From an uncultured Alphaproteobacteria bacterium (GTDB taxonomy: Bacteria > Pseudomonadota > Alphaproteobacteria > Bin95), in contig CALAHN010000067.1 in assembly GCA_937891825.1 (NCBI GenBank), positions 1,149-65,148 on the forward strand: a stretch of DNA of 64,000 bases. The letters run 5' to 3'. Every line of letters begins with the position of its first letter. The stretch's first letter is position 1. Below, piece by piece: positions 57,456 to 64,000 of the stretch. Below the pieces are notes generated by a model. It saw nothing but the letters and a program-made list of their open reading frames with translations. It did not search any database and was not told where the DNA came from. The position numbers and the translations under genes are program-made.

Positions 57456-58256
57456 TCAGGCGGCCTCGGACGGATCGTCGCCCGCTTCGCGCTTCCGTTC
57501 GATGCGGCGCGCCAGCAGGATCGAAATCTCGTAGAGCAACAATCCCGGCACCGCCAATCCGATCTGACTGATGATATCGGGCGGCGTCAGAATCGCGGCG
57601 ATGATGAACATCACGACGACGGCATATTTCCGCTTCGCCGCAAGACCGGCCGCCGAAACCAGTCCCGCTTTGGCCATTAAGGTCAGCGCCACTGGCATCT
57701 GGAAGAAAAGCCCGAAGGCGAAGATCAACTTGATCACGAGGCTGAGATACTCGGAGACCTTCGGCATCGCGACGATCTCGACGAAGTTGCCCTGGCCAAC
57801 TGCTTCGGGCGCAATGTTCTGATAGCTCAGGAAAAACTTCCAGGCGAGCGGCATGATACCGTAATAAACCATTGCGCCACCGACAAAAAACAGGATCGGA
57901 GACGCTATTAGGTAGGGGAGAAATGCCCGCTGCTCATTTTTGTAGAGCCCCGGCGCAACAAACTGCCAAAGCTGATTAGCGACAATCGGGAATGTAACAA
58001 AAAGCGCGGTGTAAAACCCGATCTTGATGTCGACAAAGAACTTCTCTGTCAAGCTTGTATAGATCAGCTTGGCGTCGGCCTGATCGCCAAAAGCTTCGAT
58101 CAACGGCCGCGCCAGGAACTCGAACACCTGACCCGCGAAGCCCCAGCACAGCAGGAAGGCGATAAAAAGCGCGACGACCGACCACAACAGCCGACGGCGC
58201 AACTCGATCAGATGCGCCAGCAATGGCGCCCGGTCATCCGCTTCTGCCCCGGTCAT
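57456..58256 (-). CDS. tatC: Sec-independent protein translocase subunit TatC
   Basis: 266 aa; six-TM TatC signature (…LIELRRRLLWSVVALFIAF…). Confidence 0.9.
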   Translation of the reverse strand: MTGAEADDRAPLLAHLIELRRRLLWSVVALFIAFLLCWGFAGQVFEFLARPLIEAFGDQADAKLIYTSLTEKFFVDIKIGFYTALFVTFPIVANQLWQFVAPGLYKNEQRAFLPYLIASPILFFVGGAMVYYGIMPLAWKFFLSYQNIAPEAVGQGNFVEIVAMPKVSEYLSLVIKLIFAFGLFFQMPVALTLMAKAGLVSAAGLAAKRKYAVVVMFIIAAILTPPDIISQIGLAVPGLLLYEISILLARRIERKREAGDDPSEAA

Positions 58257-58717
58257 GACGGCTTCACGCCTTCATCCTTGGCGCCCGGCATCGGCGGGTC
58301 AGCCGGCTCGGCCGCCGTCGGCTCAGAGGCGGTCTGCTTCGGGGCGGCGGGCTTGGCGTTGTCAGGCGGATTGGACGCAATCTGATCGGACAGATCGGCC
58401 GCGAGGGCTTCATCGCTCTCGGCTTCATCCATATCCAATGCCGGCGCCCCGCCAGTCTTGGCGGTCTCGGAGCGCGCCGACGCGGGCTTGTCTTCCGCTT
58501 CAAGCCAACCGTCGCCGACGATTTTTTTCTCGATGTCCTTGAGTTCGGCTTCACGGGCGATGTCGTCGAGACCGTCGCGGAATTCTCGGGCGAGGCTGCG
58601 GGCGCGCGCCATATACTGACCCGCGGTCCGGAGCGCGCCGGGCAGCTCCTTCGGCCCGATCACCAGTAGCGCAATCACGCCGATGACCAGGAACTCGCTC
58701 CAGCCGATATCCAACAT
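58253..58717 (-). CDS. tatB: Sec-independent protein translocase subunit TatB
   Basis: MLDIGWSEFLVIGVIALLVIGPKELP N-terminal TatA/B signature with an extended acidic C-terminus. Overlaps tatC by 4 nt. Confidence 0.8.
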   Translation of the reverse strand: MLDIGWSEFLVIGVIALLVIGPKELPGALRTAGQYMARARSLAREFRDGLDDIAREAELKDIEKKIVGDGWLEAEDKPASARSETAKTGGAPALDMDEAESDEALAADLSDQIASNPPDNAKPAAPKQTASEPTAAEPADPPMPGAKDEGVKPS

Positions 58718-58761
58718 CTTGAGAGGTTCCGCCTCAACCCGACTGCAAACCAGGCAATCGC

Positions 58762-59004
58762 CTAGCCGTTCTTGGCGCGATCTTTCTCGGCGTCGGCCGC
58801 CGCCCGGGCCTGCGCTTCAAGCCGGTCGGGGTCGGACGCCGGCCGCGCGGCCGGCTCATCCGTCGGGACATCGTCCTTCATGCCTTGCTTGAAGCTCTTG
58901 ATGCCCTTCGCCATGTCGCCCATCAGGCGCGGAACGCGGCCCGCGCCGAAGAGAAGCAGCACAACGACCGCGACAATCAAAACCTGCCAGATGCTGATTC
59001 CCAT
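58762..59004 (-). CDS. tatA: Sec-independent protein translocase subunit TatA
   Basis: [25 protein letters not shown]; about 80 aa. Start re-placed at ATG 59004. Confidence 0.8.
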   Translation of the reverse strand: MGISIWQVLIVAVVVLLLFGAGRVPRLMGDMAKGIKSFKQGMKDDVPTDEPAARPASDPDRLEAQARAAADAEKDRAKNG

Positions 59005-59058
59005 AATCTTGCCTCTCAAATCCGGTGCGCGCTCAGTATGGCGCTATCGACCGAATGT

Positions 59059-60300
59059 CTACCGCAGACCGGCGGAGAAGGCGAGACCTTGCTGAGCAAT
59101 CTCGCCAAGCGGCGCATCGCCTGCGTCAATGGCGTCAATGTCGCTGTCGGAGGCGAAACACAGCGTGCGACCCGGATCGAGCGCCACCGCGAGAACTTCG
59201 CCTTCGCCCGGCGTTTGGCTGTCGGCGGTCCGCGCCAGCACGGCTTCGCCGCTTGGGAGCATCACTTCGATCAACGCGGTCCGTCCAAGCCAGCGCGCAA
59301 AGCCGACGCGGCCTTCAACGGCGCGCCCGGTCGCCGTAGCCGCCATGCCGGTCAGGAGATGTTCCGGCCGGGTCATTGCGAGCGCCGAGGCGCCCTCGTC
59401 CAGATCGACGGCCCGCACCGCGCCCAATGCAGTCGCGATACAGCCATTGCGGACGACGCCGGTCAATTCATTGATTTCGCTGAAAAACCTGGCCACGTAT
59501 GCGGATTTCGGCTCATCGTAAAGGGTTTTCGGATCGCCATATTGCTCAATACGGCCATCGCGCATGACCGCGATCCGCTCCGACATGAAGAGAGCTTCTT
59601 CCGGATCGTGGGTCACCATCAGCGCGCCGGCGCCGGATGCCTTCAGGAGATGGATGGCGTCGCCGCGCACCTTGCGGCGCAATTCGGCGTCGAGGCCGGA
59701 GAATGGCTCATCCAGCAGGACCACCTTCGGCCTGGGGGCCAGCGCCCGCGCCAGGGCGACGCGCTGCTGCTGCCCGCCGGAAAGGGTCGCGGGATTACGG
59801 TTCGCGAAACTCGCGAGGCCGACATCCTGCAAGGCCGCCATGGCCCGCGTCCGCCGCTCCGCGCCATCGAGCCGCGCGAGGCCGAATGACACGTTCTCGA
59901 GCACCGACAAATGCGGAAACAGCGCATAATCCTGAAACATCATGCCGACATTGCGCGCTTCAGCGGGCCGATGCAGCGTGGCGGACGCCGCGAGCTGGTC
60001 GCCGACCTGCACATAGCCCTGTTGCAGGCGCTCCAGGCCCGCCACCAGCCGCAAGGTCGTCGTCTTGCCGCAGCCCGAGGGGCCCACGAGAGAGACGATC
60101 TCGCCCGCATGCAGGCAAAGCGACACATCCCGGAGCACGACGTCCGTCCCGCCATAACTATGGGAGACCCCATCGATCACCAGCGCCGGCGTATCGTGCC
60201 GGGCGCAGGTCATGCAGGCCGCGGACGATGCGTCGAACGGGATCGCCAGTTCTGGCGACCGCGCCAGCCTGGCTGGCAGGTTAAGGCGGAAACGTTTCAT
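59059..60300 (-). CDS. ABC transporter ATP-binding protein with C-terminal TOBE-like domain; no adjacent permease
   Basis: Walker A GPSGCGKTT; signature LSGGQQQRVALARAL; Walker B VLLLDEPFSGLD. C-terminal ~130 aa is a transport-associated OB domain. The true start may be the internal ATG at 60213. Confidence 0.75.
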   Translation of the reverse strand: MKRFRLNLPARLARSPELAIPFDASSAACMTCARHDTPALVIDGVSHSYGGTDVVLRDVSLCLHAGEIVSLVGPSGCGKTTTLRLVAGLERLQQGYVQVGDQLAASATLHRPAEARNVGMMFQDYALFPHLSVLENVSFGLARLDGAERRTRAMAALQDVGLASFANRNPATLSGGQQQRVALARALAPRPKVVLLDEPFSGLDAELRRKVRGDAIHLLKASGAGALMVTHDPEEALFMSERIAVMRDGRIEQYGDPKTLYDEPKSAYVARFFSEINELTGVVRNGCIATALGAVRAVDLDEGASALAMTRPEHLLTGMAATATGRAVEGRVGFARWLGRTALIEVMLPSGEAVLARTADSQTPGEGEVLAVALDPGRTLCFASDSDIDAIDAGDAPLGEIAQQGLAFSAGLR

Positions 60301-60477
60301 GCCTACTAGATAATGCAACTCATTCGCAATCACAAGCACGGCGCGGCGACATCGCCTGCCATTGGGACAATGCGTCTCGACAGATCGGGCTTTCGGTCCC
60401 CAGGCTGATCGGTGTATGCACAGCGCCGTCCCTGCGCCCCATCTACGCGCAGATCATTGAAAGCGGGAATGTCGTCA

Positions 60478-61692
60478 ATGTCGAGCAGCGTTCGCAAAAT
60501 TGTGCTGGCCTATTCGGGCGGCCTGGATACCTCGGTCATTCTGAAGTGGCTGCAGGAAACCTACAGCGCCGAAATCGTGACCTTCACCGCCGACCTTGGC
60601 CAGGGCGAAGAGCTTGAGCCGGCCCGCAAGAAGGCGGAAGGGATGGGCGTCAAGGAAATCTTCGTTGACGATTTACGTGAGGAATTCGTCCGGGACTTCG
60701 TCTTTCCGATGTTCCGGGCCAATGCGCTGTATGAAGGCACCTATCTGCTCGGCACCTCGATCGCCCGGCCGCTGATCGCCAAACGCCAGATCGAGATCGC
60801 CGAGGCCACCGGCGCCGACGCAGTCGCCCATGGCGCAACCGGCAAAGGCAATGACCAGATCCGGTTCGAGCTTGGCTATTACGCCCTGAAGCCCGATATC
60901 AAGGTCATCGCCCCCTGGCGCGAGTGGGACCTGAACTCCCGCACCAAACTTCTGCAATATGCCGAGGAGCGGCAGATTCCGATCGCCAAGGACAAGCGCG
61001 GCGAGGCGCCCTACTCCACCGACGCGAACCTTCTGCACATTTCCTATGAAGGCAAGGCGCTGGAAGATCCCTGGGTCGAGGCCGACGCGGACATGTACAC
61101 CCGTTCGACCGCGCCCGAAGACGCGCCCGACCAGGCGGAATATGTCGAGATCGACTTCATCAAAGGCGATCCGGTCGCGGTCAACGGCCAGAAGCTCTCG
61201 CCAGCGGCGCTCCTGACGAAGCTCAACGAACTTGGCGGCAGGCATGGCATCGGCCGCGCCGACATCGTCGAGAACCGCTTCGTCGGCATGAAGTCCCGCG
61301 GCATCTATGAGACCCCCGGCGGCACGGTGTTGTTCGTCGCCCGGCGCGGCCTGGAAACCCTGGTGCTCGACCGGGGCGCCATGCACCTCAAGGACGAGCT
61401 GTCGCCCCGCTATGCCGAGATCGTCTACAACGGCTTCTGGTTCTCGCCGGAGCGACGGATGCTCCAGGCCGCGATCGACGAAAGCCAGAAGAAGATGGAC
61501 GGCGTCGTCCGCCTGAAGCTCTTCAAGGGGCTGGCGTCGGTCGTCGGACGGAAATCGCCGAACAGCCTCTATGACGCGAGCTATGCGACCTTCGAGGCCG
61601 ATACCGTCTATAATCAGAAGGATGCCGAAGGCTTTATCAAGCTGAATGCCCTCCGCCTCCGCATCGCCGCCTTTCAGGATCGTAAGCGCTGA
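60478..61692 (+). CDS. argG: Argininosuccinate synthase
   Basis: [21 protein letters not shown]-loop. About 405 aa. ATG 60478 has better SD spacing than 60469 or the ORF-track start 60412. Confidence 0.9.
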   Translation: MSSSVRKIVLAYSGGLDTSVILKWLQETYSAEIVTFTADLGQGEELEPARKKAEGMGVKEIFVDDLREEFVRDFVFPMFRANALYEGTYLLGTSIARPLIAKRQIEIAEATGADAVAHGATGKGNDQIRFELGYYALKPDIKVIAPWREWDLNSRTKLLQYAEERQIPIAKDKRGEAPYSTDANLLHISYEGKALEDPWVEADADMYTRSTAPEDAPDQAEYVEIDFIKGDPVAVNGQKLSPAALLTKLNELGGRHGIGRADIVENRFVGMKSRGIYETPGGTVLFVARRGLETLVLDRGAMHLKDELSPRYAEIVYNGFWFSPERRMLQAAIDESQKKMDGVVRLKLFKGLASVVGRKSPNSLYDASYATFEADTVYNQKDAEGFIKLNALRLRIAAFQDRKR

Positions 61693-61726
61693 GGCGCTTG
61701 CCGGCGGCGGCCGCCGACGTTTTTGC
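61684..61726 (+). terminator. Rho-independent terminator of argG (tandem hairpins then a T-run)
   Basis: AAGCGC-TGAG-GCGCTT hairpin spanning the stop codon. A GC-rich CGGCGG/CCGCCG stem follows, then ACGTTTTTG. Confidence 0.6.
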
Positions 61727-62017
61727 CAAACAGCGGCTAGGGGCCGCAGGCTGAAGCCTTGCCTTACGCTGCACTGCGACATAGATTGCGAGTCACGAAA
61801 TTTCAAACTTTAACGTTTGGCTCGAATGAGCGCGGCCTTCAGTCGGATCGGCCGCGGGTGTGTTTAACGTCAAGCTCAATCATTTTCAGCCGCGTTTATT
61901 AGCATTTTCGCCGATTTAGGCTCCGGCCTCGATCGTCGGTTCCGGTGGCGGGTTCCGTCATCGTCATCACGCGCGCCCATCAACTTTCCGGGCGCCGTTG
62001 CAAGAAGGAGAATTCTG

Positions 62018-62590
62018 ATGGAGGGCATGAAGCCACTCGCCGGCAAGAAAATTGCGATCATGGTCGCATCCGGCTTTATCGAAGAACATATGACCGATGT
62101 GCAGAAGGCGTTGATCGCGGCCGGCGCGATGACCACGATCGTTTCGCCCGAAGTTGGCGTCGCCAACGGCTGGCATGAAGGCGGTTGGGGCCACAATTTC
62201 TTTGTGGACGAGCGGATCAGCGATGTTCTGCCGAGCCAGTATGACCTGCTCCTGGCGCCGGGCGGCGTGCGCTCGACCGCGACCCTCGCGGGCAACGCCC
62301 ATTCGCGCCGCGTGCTGAAGGGCATGCTGGAAGCGAACAAGCCGGTCGCCTTGACCGACGACGCCGCGACGCTGCTGATTGATGCTGAAGTGGCATCCGG
62401 CCGCTCCGTCAGCGCCCCGGAAGCCGCCGCCGAACGCCTGACCGCGGCCGGCGTCACCGTTTCCAACGAAGGCGTCACGGTTGACGGCTCGTTGATCACG
62501 ATGGCGAACACCAGCGGCGCCAGCGAGTTTATCGCAGCGATCAAGGCGTCGCTTGGCGCTGTAGTCGATGTCGAGGAAGAAGCGGCCTAA
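62018..62590 (+). CDS. DJ-1/PfpI family protein lacking the canonical nucleophile Cys
   Basis: DJ-1/PfpI fold (…KKIAIMVASGFIEEHM…LLLAPGG…). The position where Cys is normally found reads VALTDDAATLL. SD aaggag precedes ATG 62018. Confidence 0.65.
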   Translation: MEGMKPLAGKKIAIMVASGFIEEHMTDVQKALIAAGAMTTIVSPEVGVANGWHEGGWGHNFFVDERISDVLPSQYDLLLAPGGVRSTATLAGNAHSRRVLKGMLEANKPVALTDDAATLLIDAEVASGRSVSAPEAAAERLTAAGVTVSNEGVTVDGSLITMANTSGASEFIAAIKASLGAVVDVEEEAA

Positions 62591-62620
62591 ACCCTCCGCT
62601 AAATTCTTCGCCGAATTGAA

Positions 62621-62656
62621 GGGCCGGATGCTGGCAAGCATCCGGCCCTTTTGCTT
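62621..62656 (+). terminator. Strong rho-independent terminator downstream of the DJ-1/PfpI gene
   Basis: 12-bp perfect stem GGGCCGGATGCT/AGCATCCGGCCC, 4-nt loop, followed by TTTTGCTTT. Confidence 0.8.
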
Positions 62657-62782
62657 TGCCGGAGCCTTGGCTGTCGCCTTCAGATAAAAACTTTATCGAA
62701 ACCCGCGCTTGCAATAAGCTTGGCCAACCTCGTCGCATACCATCCGGCGGCGTTCCTGTTCAGATGACGACTGAGGGCAGCC

Positions 62783-64000
62783 ATGCGACATATCGCACAT
62801 AAAATTCGGGGCATGGCGCGGGCATCGGCCGCGCTCGGCCGTATGATCGTGAGCGCGGGCTTCGTCGCGGCGCTGACGATGTCGACGCCAAGCGCCGCCG
62901 CCGTCGTCGATCTGGCCGACGTCACGCCCGCCATGCTTTCCGGCAAGACATTCTACACCAAGGCGCGCATTGCGGGCCGATCGACGCCTGTCGATGTCTA
63001 TTTGGCGATCAGCGGGGCGTCCACCGCCACGACGATCGCCGCTGGCTCCAGCCGTGAAACCCATCGCGGAAATCTGAATAGCCGCCGCCTGAGCTATTAC
63101 GGAACTGTGGAACAAGACTATCCCGGCGAAGTCGGCTTCGGCGCAAATCCGCCGTTGTATACCCTAGATATCGACCTGAAATATATGACGGTTAAAACGT
63201 CTGCAGGATTGTTTTACCTGGTCGATACCGAATTTCTGTGCGCGGGCCGCGCCGTCAATTCCCCGCATACCCAGTACAGCATCTGCGAAAAGACGATTGC
63301 CTATCTGGAATCCGACTTCAATGTCGGTCGCCCCGTCGCCTCCAGCATATTCGACGCTCCGATCATGACCGGCGTCGTAACGAGCGGCGAGCCGGCCCCG
63401 CGTCGCATTCGCGAAAACAGCGCTGGCGGGCGAAAGCCGGCGACCGCTGGCGTCGTCGAAGAAGACGGCCGCATCCGCACCGGGGAAGGCAGCGGCTTCG
63501 CCCTGTCAGCCAATGGCGACATCGTTACGAACAACCACGTGATCGAAGGCTGTTCCCGGATCGAAGTTCTCCACGGCGGAAAAACCCATCAAGCGAGCTT
63601 GGTCGCGACCGACACGGACAATGACCTGGCGCTGTTGCGCGCCCCGATCAAGCCAGCGCAGACATTCGCGATCAGCGCCCGCGACGCCGGCTTGCTCGAA
63701 GAAATATTCGTCTCGGGCTATCCGTTCGGCGACACGTTCAGCCAGACCGTGAAAGTGACGAAGGGCATTGTCAGCGCCCTCAGCGGCATCGGCGACAATG
63801 CCGCGGTGATCCAGATTGATGCGGCGGTTCAGCAAGGCAGTAGCGGCGGACCGATCATCGACGGCAATGGCGAGGTCGTCGGCGTGACGGTCGCGAAGCT
63901 CAACGCGCTGATAATCCTGTTGAATTCGGGAACGTTGCCGGAGAACAGCAATTTCGGGATCAAGTCCAGCATTCTGGTCAAGCTTCTGACGGCCAACAAG
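62783..64000 (+). CDS. Trypsin-like (S1 family, DegP/HtrA-like) serine protease; partial, runs off the window end
   Basis: Signal peptide. Catalytic triad context TNNHVIEG (His), DNDLALLR (Asp), QQGSSGGPIID (Ser), then NSNFGI. The frame was checked codon by codon from ATG 62783 and is open to position 64000. Absent from the ORF track because there is no stop in the window. Confidence 0.7.
   Translation, partial: MRHIAHKIRGMARASAALGRMIVSAGFVAALTMSTPSAAAVVDLADVTPAMLSGKTFYTKARIAGRSTPVDVYLAISGASTATTIAAGSSRETHRGNLNSRRLSYYGTVEQDYPGEVGFGANPPLYTLDIDLKYMTVKTSAGLFYLVDTEFLCAGRAVNSPHTQYSICEKTIAYLESDFNVGRPVASSIFDAPIMTGVVTSGEPAPRRIRENSAGGRKPATAGVVEEDGRIRTGEGSGFALSANGDIVTNNHVIEGCSRIEVLHGGKTHQASLVATDTDNDLALLRAPIKPAQTFAISARDAGLLEEIFVSGYPFGDTFSQTVKVTKGIVSALSGIGDNAAVIQIDAAVQQGSSGGPIIDGNGEVVGVTVAKLNALIILLNSGTLPENSNFGIKSSILVKLLTANK

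Overview
This is a high-GC (about 65-67%) alphaproteobacterial chromosomal segment. Gene content points to Acetobacteraceae or a related Rhodospirillales lineage. Most of the window is densely packed core genes: gap, plant-type gshA, rsmE, ubiA, gltBD, ggt, queA-tgt, surE-pcm-nlpD, serS, tatABC and argG. The accessory block is a Komagataeibacter-type cellulose synthase locus on the minus strand (32.1-42.8 kb). It comprises a Pro/Ala-rich CcpAx-like gene, a fused bcsAB (acsAB, 1565 aa), bcsC and bcsD. bcsC is interrupted by a frameshift at a short G/C run, with a hairpin terminator between bcsC and bcsD and a LysR regulator downstream. Other loci worth noting are a split PHB locus, a CoA-thioester metabolism cluster, a DUF815/DUF2336/histidine-phosphatase trio, an orphan TAXI solute receptor, an orphan ABC ATPase next to tatABC, and several small hypothetical proteins. 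The window is truncated at both ends: an MFS-like gene runs off the 5' edge and an S1 serine protease gene runs off the 3' edge. Many long ORFs in the six-frame track are antisense artefacts of the high GC content and are not reported as genes. The ORF track translates TTG and GTG starts as M, so several gene starts were re-placed at better-supported codons.
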